From Bdellovibrionota bacterium (GTDB lineage Bacteria > Bdellovibrionota_B > Oligoflexia > Oligoflexales > JAWKNZ01): a DNA stretch of 64,000 nt. The position numbers and the translations under genes were made by a program. The notes below the pieces were generated by a model that saw only the letters and a program-made list of their open reading frames with translations, had not been told where the DNA came from and made no database searches. Location of the stretch: the NCBI GenBank assembly GCA_041391425.1, contig JAWKNZ010000006.1:132045-196044 (forward strand), in the 5' to 3' direction. This document shows positions 1 to 10,786 of this stretch, piece by piece (position 1 is the first letter of the stretch; each line of letters starts with the position of its first letter).

Positions 1-1
1 T

Positions 2-238
2 CTAGACCGTGTCAGATTGGGCTATGTTATCGATTGGATCGATGTCAGGTGGAATTTATTTGGCTGGTCGTATAACTTCCCTAATTTTAATTTTGCTGAT
101 TCGGCCATAACCCTAGGCGTGGGTTGTCTTTTAGTAGATGCTATAATATTAGAAAACTTACGCAATAAGAGGCTAAAGCAAATAGAAAATAAAAATAGCC
201 AACTTGCTGGTGGAAAAAGTCAGAGTTCTACCATATAG
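2..238 (+). CDS. lspA: lipoprotein signal peptidase II, C-terminal fragment (5' end outside window)
   Basis: The frame is open from the window edge to TAG 236-238. VIDWIDV..FPNFNFADSAITLGVGCLL matches the conserved C-terminal FN.AD block of LspA. Confidence 0.7.
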   Translation, partial: LDRVRLGYVIDWIDVRWNLFGWSYNFPNFNFADSAITLGVGCLLVDAIILENLRNKRLKQIENKNSQLAGGKSQSSTI

Positions 239-353
239 AAAGTTTGAACATTTTAAGAGATTGACTGGTACGCAAGGAATAAGATCTTAATAAAAAGATT
301 TCCTCAACAGACAGCCTCTAAACACTTTTTTGACAAATGGATGGGGTGTCATA

Positions 354-2805
354 ATGCCACAACGTTTATTAAGAAACTCTACAATCAAAGTAGCTGAAAT
401 CCTACAAAGTGCTATAACAGAGCTTGCCAACATGAAAAAGGGAGTGGTCACTGCAGAGTTTCTGCTTATGGCAACACTAGAGCAAAAGGATTCGATTGCC
501 CTTAAAATATTTGATGAGCTTAAGCTAGAAAACAGAAAAAGTTCGCAGGCGTCTAATTGACAAAATCCTCGAATCAGCGGCACAATTACCTCCCATATCT
601 TTTGGCAATCGCCCTGGTCAAATTGTCCTTGCCAAAGATGTAGAAAATCTCTTTTTAGCTGCCGAAAAAGAACGTTCTAACTTTGACGACGGCTATATTT
701 CAACAGGTTCCCTTTTTCTCGGATTTTTTGATAAGGGCGTACCAATTGCCAAGAAGCTTTTAGAAGACGAAGGCCTTAGCTACGAAAAATGTAAGGAAGC
801 TCTAAGAAATATACGCGGATCAAGTAAGATCACGCAAAAGGATAGCGAATCTAGACAAAGCCTTCTCGATCAATATACGACTGACATTACCGCCATGGCA
901 CGGAAAGGAATCCTTGATCCCGTAATCGATAGAGGCAGCGAAATTAAACGTACTATAGAAATTCTTTCTAGACGGAAGAAAAATAATCCGATCCTCGTAG
1001 GTGAGCCAGGGGTTGGCAAAACAGTTATCGTCGAAGGGCTCGCACAGCAAATTGTTAATGGTGATGTTCCAGAGTATCTATTAAATAAACGAGTATTATC
1101 CCTTGAAATTGCCAGCCTCTTGGCCGGCGCTAAAATGCAAGGAGAATTTGAAGAGAGATTAAAAGCGGTCAAAGACGAAGTTATCGCCGCAGCTGGCGAT
1201 ATCATTCTATTTATCGATGAAATTCACACCGTAGTCGGCGCTGGCAGAAGTGGCGGCGGACTAGACGCCTCTAATATGCTAAAACCAGCTCTAGCAAAAG
1301 GGTTATTGCAATGTATCGGCGCTACTACTTTTAAAGAGTACAAACAATATATTGAAAGTGATAAAGCTTTAGAGAGACGCTTTCAACTTGTTAAAGTAAC
1401 AGAGCCTACAAAAGAGCAGGCAATTTCAATTCTAATGGGAATTCGCAAAAAATACGAAGACCATCATCAAATAGAATACACCGATGAAGCCATTGAAGCT
1501 GCCGTCAACCTATCTGATCGCTATATCCAAGAACGCTATCTTCCCGATAAAGCTATTGATCTTTTAGATGAAGCAGGTGCTGCAAAACGCATTAAAGTCA
1601 TTTACACTCCTCCGGAGTTGAGACACCTTGATCTAAAACGCCAAGAATTAGAAGCTGAGCGCGTTAAAGCATTTAACGACCAAGATTTTGAGCGTATGGC
1701 TAAATTCCAAATGGAACTCTCCCTTCTAGAACAGCAAATGAAAGAAGGGCGTGAAAGCGCGTCAAAACAATTTGCTGATAACGACCGCATTGTCACAGAA
1801 CAAGATATAGCAGCTATCGTGAGTGAGGGCACAGGAATCCCAGTCAAAAAGATGATAACTGAAGAAGCCGAAAAGCTTTCTCACCTTGAAGAATTCATTG
1901 AAAAGAGGGTAGTGGGACAAGGCCATGCTGTCAAATCAGTAGCAAATGCCATCCGGCGTAATCGTTCTGGCTTAAGGCGCCCTAATGCTCCGATAGCATC
2001 GTTTCTTTTTTTAGGACCAACTGGAGTTGGCAAGACCGAATTAGCAAAAGCTTTAGCTCAACAGGTATTGGATGATGAAAGCAAGATTATTAGAATCGAT
2101 ATGTCCGAATACATGGAACGTCATTCAGTATCTAAATTAATAGGCTCACCTCCTGGTTATGTCGGCTATGGAGAAGGCGGACAGCTAACAGAAAAAATAA
2201 AGCACAACCCATACTCCGTTGTTTTATTCGATGAGTTTGAGAAAGCACACCCAGATGTGTATAACCTACTACTGCAAGTCCTTGATGAAGGGTGGCTTAC
2301 CGATGCCGAAGGCCGCCGCGTCAGCTTTTGTAATTCTATCATAATTGGAACATCCAATATTGGCTCAGACATATTAACTGATAGAAAACGTCCGGTTGGT
2401 TTAATTGCCCAGTCTGAAGAATGGGATAAGGATGAAGAATTTAAAACAATAATGAAAGAAGTCTCTAAATTTCTTCGTCCCGAGTTTATCAACCGCCTAG
2501 ACGAAGTCATTATATTTAATCGCCTTAGTAAAGAAGATTTATCTGTTATTCTGCAAATACAAATCGACAACCTAGAAAAGCGTCTCCGTAATCTAGGAAA
2601 AAATTTAAAATTTACTCAACAAGCGAAGGAGTTCATATTAGATTCAATAGATACCTTAAACTTCGGCGCTAGGCCACTGCGCCGAAAGATAGAGACTTTA
2701 GTCGAAAACCAAGTGGCTACATTACTCATTTCTAGCGAGATAAATGAAAAACAAACCGTTGTCGTTGATCTAAAAGATAAGTGTATATCAGTTGCGGTGG
2801 AATAA
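354..2805 (+). CDS. clpC: ClpC-type AAA+ chaperone (Clp protease ATP-binding subunit), reading frame interrupted once in the N-domain
   Basis: Clp_N repeat 1 lies in frame 0 (354-560); the rest lies in frame +1 (open from 529, ORF 895-2805). Walker A motifs GEPGVGKT and GPTGVGKT are present. A short UVR-like middle region ([10 protein letters not shown]) fits ClpC rather than ClpB. The frame change coincides with A5 at 536-540. Confidence 0.85.
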
Positions 2806-2854
2806 AGTACTTGCACATAAGCACAGAGCATAAAAGATTCAATCTCATCGACAT

Positions 2855-3039
2855 CTAGGGCGTGTTGACGTTTTATTTTCGTAGCGAGAGACAAATACTT
2901 GAAAGTCGCAGCTAGGAAGGGTTTCAAAAATTACCGGAGGTGTACTAGATGTACATTGAGGATAATTTTTGAAACCATGACAACGGTGTGACTCAAGGGT
3001 TTGGCTCGTAGTAGGAAATGAAACGTCAACACGCCCTAG
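2855..3039. repeat. 185-nt long-hairpin (MITE-like) element related to family-B repeats, 50 nt downstream of the clpC stop
   Basis: The termini ctagggcgtgttgacgttt / aaacgtcaacacgccctag are perfect 19-nt inverted repeats. The inner 14-bp stem is ggtttcaaaaatta/taatttttgaaacc. The apex ccggaggtgtactagatgtacattgagga resembles the apex of the 35.1- and 40.5-kb repeats. Confidence 0.8.
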
Positions 3040-3364
3040 TAGACAGACAAGTTTTTTATATTAACTATACTCTCGTCAACGCTCTGTTTATCTATATGTG
3101 GATTCATAATTTGCCGCGTAGTTCCTACCCAGCGGCTTAAACAGCAAATATTTCAATTTAATCTAACCCGTCTGAAACACATGCAGAAGCACTCATTTTT
3201 TCTGTAGATAGACCCTCTAAACATACGTCAAAGGCTTGACAGATTAACCTTTTGGCTTCTGGCATGTTAGAATCATGCTAAAGGCTGTTTATGAAAATTT
3301 CATTGTTAATGAAAAAATAAAATTAGCGGCAGCTTTCCATAATCACAAAAAAGGGAGGGGTCCA

Positions 3365-4054
3365 ATGTCGGAACAATGGCTATCCATTGTAGAGTATGCC
3401 CGAGCTTACCAAGTCTCAGATATGACCGTACGCCGCCGTATTCGTAACGGCAAAATTCAGGCTGTCTTAAGAGACGGAAAATATTTTATCCGTGTTTCTC
3501 CTCAGCCAACGACTGAAACCCCTTGTTTTGACAGCGCCGATAACCATATAGACTATCCCGACTCAACTGCAGCAGGTAATCATCAATATATAGGCGTTAA
3601 ACGCTCAGAAATCCCAACAACTAATAACAATAATAGAGTTAATTTTCCTAGTCAAAGAGGCTATCCACAAGTAGAGACGCCACATATTGCACAAAACAGC
3701 CAAAATTGGGATCAACAAAATTATCAATCAATAAAAAGATTCGAAGATTCTAATGCACAAAACAATCAAAAACCGACACCACAAACATATTCAAGCATCT
3801 TACCAAAAGACATCTGTAATAATTTAAGCAAAAAAGAAATCATCTCAATGGAGGCACAAAATTTACTTGCGTTTTGTGAGGCCATGGCAATACGTTTAGA
3901 AAAATCAGAAAAAAAGTTAAGAGACGAATTCGAAGCTAAAATCGGAGAAATGGAAGCTAAACTTAAAGCTAAAGATATGGAATTAAGTCTTCTAAAACAA
4001 CAATGCGAGGATCTACAGCTACTCGTCAATATCATCGATACGAATAAGCCGTAG
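3365..4054 (+). CDS. DNA-binding protein with an excisionase/MerR-type HTH, an N/Q-rich linker and a C-terminal coiled coil
   Basis: ATG 3365 is preceded by ggagggg. The N-terminus SIVEYARAYQVSDMTVRRRIRNGKI is a helix-turn-helix of the excisionase family type. The centre is a low-complexity N/Q-rich tract. The C-terminus has heptad repeats (EAKIGEMEAKLKAKDMELSLLKQQ). Confidence 0.6.
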   Translation: MSEQWLSIVEYARAYQVSDMTVRRRIRNGKIQAVLRDGKYFIRVSPQPTTETPCFDSADNHIDYPDSTAAGNHQYIGVKRSEIPTTNNNNRVNFPSQRGYPQVETPHIAQNSQNWDQQNYQSIKRFEDSNAQNNQKPTPQTYSSILPKDICNNLSKKEIISMEAQNLLAFCEAMAIRLEKSEKKLRDEFEAKIGEMEAKLKAKDMELSLLKQQCEDLQLLVNIIDTNKP

Positions 4055-4095
4055 CACCCGGCAATGAATTATTTCTAGTTAAAATAGCCCTATGG

Positions 4096-5320
4096 CTATT
4101 TTTTTACTAACCAGAATGAATTTACATATAAGCCGTCACCGTCAAGAATTTCACCGCGATGCGTTTCATCGATCTTTAAATTATGTTTTGCATCGAATAC
4201 AGCAAATCCTCTAAGCACCTCCTGCATAGTAATCTCTGAGGCATAGCGCCCTAGACAAATGTGCCTCCCAATTCCATGCTGCAGATAAACAGAGCTTTGC
4301 AGCTCCTCATAGTCTCTACTGTCATCACCATCATTCCAGGCTTTTTGGGAAGAGGCTCCACTTTCTGATGCCCTTTGCATATTAAAAGAACAGGGGTCGT
4401 CAATGACATTTTCATCAAACATTGCAGATCCATGCGCAAGCAAGACCTTCTGTCCCGCAAAAAATTTAATACTATAGTCATTTCTGCCATCATCATCAAA
4501 CTCATAATCTTTTGCAGGAGCGCGGAGTAAGACTTCTCCCTGTGGATCCAAACGCAGTAGCTCCAAAGTAATATCCTTCAAATTTCTGCCAAGATATTTG
4601 CTTATACCAGCAAAACTCGCAGACCCCTTAATGGGAATAATTCCCTCTTTCAGATTTAGCCAGCTACTGATAACCCTCATATTGGCTTCTTCAGGATTTA
4701 CTCCAGCCCCTGTTACTGTACCAAAAACATTTGATCTTATACGATCATCTTTTAAAAGAGAGGTTAATACATCCCTTCCCATTGCACCCTTAAAATGGTT
4801 TTTAAGAAGTTCGGGAAGACCAGTGCGTGCTGGATCTTGGTTGGCAATTTGATACCATAAAAGGCGTCCTAACATATCCAAAGGGATGAGCTTATCATCA
4901 AGACTACTTTTATATTTATCATATATTTGCGCTATCTCTTTTTTTCTCCATTGCATCAATTCATAAATATAAACTGACATTTCAATCGTTGCTTCCATCC
5001 CCGCATCCCGCCAATCCGGTCTGGCAGATAAATTATTGAAAATATTTCTAAATCCATCTCTAATCCACTCATACATAGTGTTATAGCTTGGAACCTTGCA
5101 GTCATTTAAAATTTTCTCGCCTTTGCTTGTTTGGCAAACGATTCTGGCCTTTATTTAAATAAATTTCCCCATCATTCTCTGCAGAAAGATTGGCATCTTG
5201 TGATCAGGAATGCTCAAACCACGTCTCATTTTTGTCGAAATTCTACCGGATTCAATATAGCAGGTAACTCCAAGGCATTTACTCACCACTTCAATAGCAA
5301 CATTTCTACAAAAATAGACA
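4096..5320 (-). pseudogene. cytochrome P450, N-terminal region frameshifted
   Basis: The 326-aa ORF (4096-5076) has the K-helix ExxR (LELLRLDP) and the Cys-ligand loop HGIGRHICLGRYAS, but lacks about 85 N-terminal residues. P450-like N-terminal peptides (NPVEFRQK, GEIYLNKGQN, RIVCQTSKGEKILND) sit in three different frames between 5077 and about 5320. The upper boundary is approximate. Confidence 0.65.
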
Positions 5321-5346
5321 AAATTGCTTTACCTTCATTGTCAAAC

Positions 5347-6363
5347 TTAATACTTCCTAGCTCGATTTACCGCGGTTTGAGCAACTTTTTTAGTAAACTC
5401 TTTAAAAGCGTCACGATGTTCATTAGTCGAAGAAAATACAGCTCGAAGTAATATGGCATCATTAATATATTCATTGCCTTCATCTGTGCCTAAAATAAAA
5501 TGCTTTGCACCTTTGCCAGTATAATAGCCGTCCGTAGCAATCTCCATCTGACTTTTATAATGGTCAACTTTCATCATATTGTGCTTACCAAGTAGGGAGA
5601 CAACATCTTTGTGTTTTGTCACAATTGCAGGCAGTGCCGTCCAAACTTGTGGAGGTAGTTTATCAGAAAGTAGTGATAGTATTTTACTCTCTTTTGGAAA
5701 AGAGCCAGATTTTGTGCCACGCAACAAGGCAAACATTCTATAAGGTGCAACTTTCAAATATGTTTGTACCACCACCCAGATACAGCGGATCATTAAACCT
5801 ATTTTTATATTACCGAGTTGCTCCTCACTCAAAGTCACAGCCTTACCCGTAGCACTCTCAAGCGTCTTTGAAATTTTTTCAGCCAAGATATCTAGATGCT
5901 TTTTCAGCACACCTTCTTCAGGATGTAGTAAATAGCCATCAATATCATTTAAAAAATTCATATTCTTGTCAACGCGCGGACATTTATCGGCTATTTCTTT
6001 TGATACTGTTAATGCAACAATTTGAGGTCCAATATAAGCTTTATATTCCTTTAAAAATTCATTAGCGACATACTCACCTGTCATAGCAGAAATCATAGCT
6101 TTGATTTTATCTTCCTGAGAGCTGGAGTCTGCTTTTAAGTGAGCTGATGGGTTTGTAGTTTTACAAGATGCTAATCCCACAAGAGATAAAGCGCTGGCAC
6201 CTTGCAATCCACCAATAATAAAACCACGTCGTGAAAAATCAGCTACAAAATCATCAGAAATCTTATTTAAATCTCCTAATATAACTCTATTTATATCCAA
6301 TCCAGTATCTATATTCTTACCGACATTCGCCATTATCCTCGAAACGGATTCTAGATCATCCAT
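5347..6363 (-). CDS. hypothetical protein with a twin-arginine signal and lipobox
   Basis: SRRGFIIGGLQGASALSLVGLASC combines a Tat motif with a lipobox. ATG 6363 has aaaggtg 8 nt upstream; the longest ORF starts at TTG 6387. I recognised no family. Confidence 0.65.
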   Translation of the reverse strand: MDDLESVSRIMANVGKNIDTGLDINRVILGDLNKISDDFVADFSRRGFIIGGLQGASALSLVGLASCKTTNPSAHLKADSSSQEDKIKAMISAMTGEYVANEFLKEYKAYIGPQIVALTVSKEIADKCPRVDKNMNFLNDIDGYLLHPEEGVLKKHLDILAEKISKTLESATGKAVTLSEEQLGNIKIGLMIRCIWVVVQTYLKVAPYRMFALLRGTKSGSFPKESKILSLLSDKLPPQVWTALPAIVTKHKDVVSLLGKHNMMKVDHYKSQMEIATDGYYTGKGAKHFILGTDEGNEYINDAILLRAVFSSTNEHRDAFKEFTKKVAQTAVNRARKY

Positions 6364-6427
6364 GATAAATACACCTTTCTTTGACAAAGAAAATTAAACA
6401 TCAATACTTAGATCAAGCGACTCATCT

Positions 6428-6862
6428 TTAGAAATTTTTTGAATCAAATTGGCTTCTTTCAATTTGAGAAACCCTATCAGAAAAATATTGTCTTTGTGAT
6501 TCAATCATATTCAAAGCTCCAGAGACAAAATTATTTATCTGAGTATCAAGTTGAAAGGTAGTTCTGCGCCCTTCATACTGTGCACTCGTTTGAAGCTGAC
6601 TCCTAACAAAACCATCAAAATAATTCTTTAACAATCCAATCAGAGTTTTTTCATCGTCTTTTCCAAGGACAGGAAATTTGAGAGAGCAAGTCACATTGTT
6701 TCCTTCAGGGCAATCACCTTTAACAATCGTAATTCCATTATGTTCCCATTTTAATGCATCAACAAGCTCATCGGCAAAAACTTGAGCTATTTTATTCTCT
6801 ATAATATCTCCTCTTTTCCAAGAAATAACAATTTCCAACCTCTGTTCAACATTAGGTTTCAT
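6428..6862 (-). CDS. hypothetical 144-aa protein without a signal peptide
   Basis: Intact ORF, co-directional with its neighbours and about 36-40 nt from each. No recognisable motif. Confidence 0.55.
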   Translation of the reverse strand: MKPNVEQRLEIVISWKRGDIIENKIAQVFADELVDALKWEHNGITIVKGDCPEGNNVTCSLKFPVLGKDDEKTLIGLLKNYFDGFVRSQLQTSAQYEGRRTTFQLDTQINNFVSGALNMIESQRQYFSDRVSQIERSQFDSKNF

Positions 6863-6898
6863 ATCTAAAGTAAATGGATAATCTTTTTCAAATGCGTC

Positions 6899-8194
6899 TC
6901 AGATATCATCAAGTGACTTCACTTTTCTAAATAAATTCACTTCCGCATTCATGAAGTTTAGAGAAAGATTAAAGTTTTTTAGTGCTTCGTTTGCCTTCTT
7001 AATAGCATTATTTGCAGTTTCTTTCCACCATTCATCTCCAGAAAGAGGCTGGACAAAAATTTTACCTTTTACCTGAACAGCATAATCATCTTTATCATGA
7101 TTAATATTGAGCAACTCACCTTGATATTCACTTTGCGTTTTTTCCGATAGATTTGAAAAAGATACATTTGCGTCGGCTTGATGATCACTTTCTTTCCAGT
7201 TTCCATCTGCTATCACTTTTTTAATAGCTACTTTAAATATTGGATATTTCTTTTCAGCCTCATTTTGGCTCATGTAATTAACATAATTAAAGTATGCAAA
7301 AGGAGTCCAAATTATGTTCTTGACCGGTAATTTCATTTGTACATTTTCTATTTTCCAGTCTTTAAGATCTTTAATTTCATTAGTATTAGAATCAAAAATA
7401 TCTGGCAGTCCAGGAGCCATAAATACAAATTCAGTGTAAAGCACAACCTTATTATTTTGGTTGACGATATTAGTATTAATCAATAGAGGACTAAATCTTT
7501 TTGACAATGCAACAAAACCCTCTTCTTCACTCGTTTTTTCATTCCAAATCTTGTTAATTGCATCATATCTCTTAATAAATTGATCCCTAATAGAATTTTT
7601 AAATTCGCCATCTTTATATTTTAAGAACCCATGACTAGAAATTTGATTACCATCAAATGCATCTGATGGAATTTGTCCTAATTTAAGGTTTTGAAATGGA
7701 TTTAATGCTAAATAAAGAACCTTTAACGGTGTAGAAAAAGCTTCATCGTTTGTTTGATCAGATTTTTCTATCGGAGCATAGACAAATGTTACATTATTTG
7801 GCAGCCCTTTGTTAAATTTTAATCGCTTTAATACCGAGGTCATATAAAGATCATAGCTACTCAACATTCTCAGGGCCTGAGAGACGGCACCTTCTGTTTT
7901 TGGTTTATCTGGCAGCATTGATTTATTACCATAGCCATTTCTAAACTTGTTTGTCCAGAGAGCGTATGTCAAAGAAGACGAAAGTCCATTAATCAAAGTA
8001 ACGGCGTTTTTTCTTCCCATTTCATTTGGAATATGGGTCCATAGCTTCATTGGAAACTTTCCCATAATATCCAAAAGACTTTCCTGTCCTTCGTTGCTAC
8101 GTACCTGCGAACTGTTACTTCTTCTCTTACATCCAATGCTTAGGCTTATAATCAATCCACATATAAGACTAAGCCGTATGTTTGTAGTTTTCAC
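6899..8194 (-). CDS. hypothetical lipoprotein (431 aa)
   Basis: N-terminal signal with lipobox LSIGC. No recognisable catalytic motif. Confidence 0.65.
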   Translation of the reverse strand: MKTTNIRLSLICGLIISLSIGCKRRSNSSQVRSNEGQESLLDIMGKFPMKLWTHIPNEMGRKNAVTLINGLSSSLTYALWTNKFRNGYGNKSMLPDKPKTEGAVSQALRMLSSYDLYMTSVLKRLKFNKGLPNNVTFVYAPIEKSDQTNDEAFSTPLKVLYLALNPFQNLKLGQIPSDAFDGNQISSHGFLKYKDGEFKNSIRDQFIKRYDAINKIWNEKTSEEEGFVALSKRFSPLLINTNIVNQNNKVVLYTEFVFMAPGLPDIFDSNTNEIKDLKDWKIENVQMKLPVKNIIWTPFAYFNYVNYMSQNEAEKKYPIFKVAIKKVIADGNWKESDHQADANVSFSNLSEKTQSEYQGELLNINHDKDDYAVQVKGKIFVQPLSGDEWWKETANNAIKKANEALKNFNLSLNFMNAEVNLFRKVKSLDDI

Positions 8195-8230
8195 TTTAAT
8201 ACCCCTTCATTTCTTTATTGATATTATTTT

Positions 8231-10249
8231 TCATTTACTTGCTAAGTGATAAAGAGTAATAAGCTCAATTATAGACGCATGAAATGCTTTCCTTGGAAAA
8301 GCATGCTCGTAATAATTCTGATTTTCCCTAACCTGCTCAGGAGGTATAAACGCTTGTTTGAACGAAGCATTCCAATGAGTTGCGCGAATATCTGCAAGAT
8401 CGATAAACGTCGCTCCACTAGCATCCTGCATCAACATATCACGAGGTTTATCCATATCTATGTTAATGCCTTTAGCCTTTAACTCTCCGCTAAGCTCAGC
8501 AAATTCTTCATCATTTAATGACTCTTTTAATGGCCGCGTGTCCAGCGCTAGAGACTTTGTATCCATCCAACCAACTTGAGTATCATAAAGACCATTTGCA
8601 GACTCTTCAAATCCAGTTAAAGATGTAAGATGCATGAACATATTATCCAAACTAATTTCTGGCCAATTAACTACAATTTTATTCGATTTATTAACACCAA
8701 ATGTAAACGCCAATTGTGGTGGTTTTACCGGTCCAAATCGATCAAAACCTGATGGATAATCACTATTTCCAAGGGGTAATAAGAAATCCTTAACTGATGA
8801 CATTGCTGAAATATTGAATATTGTCTTGCCAGCAAAATTTTGATTATTCAAATTTTGCAGCATCCACTTCAACATTTCTCCGGCTGTCATTGAATTGATG
8901 CCTTCAAGCAGAACTCTTAAGGTATGCTCATTTGTGAAAATATCTTTTGCCGTACTAGCTAACTCACTTGGGTTAACACCTATTTCATCCAAAATAGCCT
9001 TAATGCCTGGTAGTGCTAATAAAAACGAACTTAAACCTGCTACCTGCGATAATTCTGCAATAACCTTTCCTTGCTTAATTCTAGCCTGAACATTAGGACT
9101 TTGCTCTTTAAATAGGTCAACGATTTTATCAATTGCTTCTTGATTAGTCTTAGCGCCTACAATGCTACGTAACGCTCTAAAGCCATTTGTAGCAGGAACT
9201 GCCCCTTGAAGAACTGAAGCATAAGTCACGATATATTCAATTTTATCAAACAAATTATTTGTCTTCGCGTTGTTGTTTGTACTCGCCCATTTCAAAAGCT
9301 CGTGAACAATAGGACCACCTTTGCTATATCCTAGAAGAATTACTTTTTTACCTTGATAATTTTTCATTTTTGTAAGTTCAACTAACCAAGGACCAAAATG
9401 TTCGCTTACAATTTTATCATTTGGGCCCAAGCTTTCACCCATTTCATCGCCCATTGCTTCAACCACATCAAAGCCAATTTCGCTTTTTTTATTGCTATTA
9501 TAAAAATCATTTATAGGCATATACTTATTGTCGTTCCTTGGCCTTTGCCAATGAAATTTAAAATTTTCATTATATGAATCTTGACGCTCATAAAATTCAT
9601 TTGCATCTTCAATGATGTCGGTGAAACTATAACGATCTTGGGTATGACTCGCAAATCCAGGGACAATCACAAGAACATAATCCTTCATGATTTCTCTAAC
9701 TTTTGCACCCAATGGGGTATTAAAAAAATTTCTCTCTGTTACCCGGCGATGCGTATTCATATCTTTGACAAAGCTGGAAAGCTCGCCATTATTACTTGAT
9801 AGCACTGGCCGGCTGAGATAGTCAGCACCCAATTTAGCCGCTGCTTGAGTTGGGTCTAATCCAAATATAGCCTTCGTATATTCAATAGCATAATCTGTAG
9901 TTTTAGCATGTGCTGCAATTTTTCTATAATTTTTAATAGCCGGATAACGGCTATAATATAAAAATCTTTTAACAACTTCATTTATTTCTTCAGGACTTGC
10001 TTTTCCTTGAACTTTCAATTCATGTTGAATATTTGCAATAAAGGTCCTCACAAAAACGTCTTTCCAGTTTATAGATCTTACTGCTGGATCGACCTTAGAA
10101 GCATACCTAGCTAAAACACCATCATCTGAAGCTTCAGAATAACCTACCGATTTCCAAATAAATCCTTCATGAATAGAAAGAAGAACCAACAATATGAGCG
10201 TAAAAAAATTAAAGCTACCCCTGCAATAAGAGCTTCGAGAAAAATTCAT
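8231..10249 (-). CDS. secreted alpha/beta-hydrolase (lipase/esterase-like), 672 aa
   Basis: Carries an N-terminal signal peptide. The nucleophile elbow GYSKGG lies in the context KKVILLGYSKGGPIVHEL. First gene of the four-gene run. Confidence 0.65.
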   Translation of the reverse strand: MNFSRSSYCRGSFNFFTLILLVLLSIHEGFIWKSVGYSEASDDGVLARYASKVDPAVRSINWKDVFVRTFIANIQHELKVQGKASPEEINEVVKRFLYYSRYPAIKNYRKIAAHAKTTDYAIEYTKAIFGLDPTQAAAKLGADYLSRPVLSSNNGELSSFVKDMNTHRRVTERNFFNTPLGAKVREIMKDYVLVIVPGFASHTQDRYSFTDIIEDANEFYERQDSYNENFKFHWQRPRNDNKYMPINDFYNSNKKSEIGFDVVEAMGDEMGESLGPNDKIVSEHFGPWLVELTKMKNYQGKKVILLGYSKGGPIVHELLKWASTNNNAKTNNLFDKIEYIVTYASVLQGAVPATNGFRALRSIVGAKTNQEAIDKIVDLFKEQSPNVQARIKQGKVIAELSQVAGLSSFLLALPGIKAILDEIGVNPSELASTAKDIFTNEHTLRVLLEGINSMTAGEMLKWMLQNLNNQNFAGKTIFNISAMSSVKDFLLPLGNSDYPSGFDRFGPVKPPQLAFTFGVNKSNKIVVNWPEISLDNMFMHLTSLTGFEESANGLYDTQVGWMDTKSLALDTRPLKESLNDEEFAELSGELKAKGINIDMDKPRDMLMQDASGATFIDLADIRATHWNASFKQAFIPPEQVRENQNYYEHAFPRKAFHASIIELITLYHLASK

Positions 10250-10786
10250 GAGTTGCTACTCCTGTTATCAAAAAAAAGAAATTGTCAAATTTTATTTGTA
10301 AAAAACACTCAAAACTGCATTTCGTGTATCTATAATTTAAAAAAAAGCGTTATATTTCTAAGCTAAATATAGCTAAGCGTCCTCACCATCGATAACAATA
10401 TCTGCCATATTGCTTTTTGTTTATAGAAAAAAGGCACAGCATTAATAAGTGCAATCTTCTCATATTTTGAGGTAAGCCTTGTGTGCTTAATTTTGTTCTC
10501 AATAATACTAAAATGATATCAACATACAATCCAGTAGGCAAATTTTTGCCTACAATGAATTTATTCTGAGAAAAACTCACTTATTTTAAAGGAAAATTTT
10601 AGTTTAATTTTATCTAAAGCCAAGTGTTATAAATCAGAGATAGATTTGCCGTTCTCTTGTTCAGTATACAAATACTCACCGCTACTTTACTCATTGCCAT
10701 TGCCACATTATAATACTAGTCACAAACTCATAAAAAAGCAGCATTTTAGTTTTACATATTTATATAGTTTTATAGGAGCTATGCTT

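Noticed and set aside
3236-3273. A sigma-70 promoter (ttgaca ... tagaat) upstream of the HTH gene.
   Set aside because: The two hexamers are 26 nt apart, far from the 16-18 nt optimum, so the pairing is probably coincidental.
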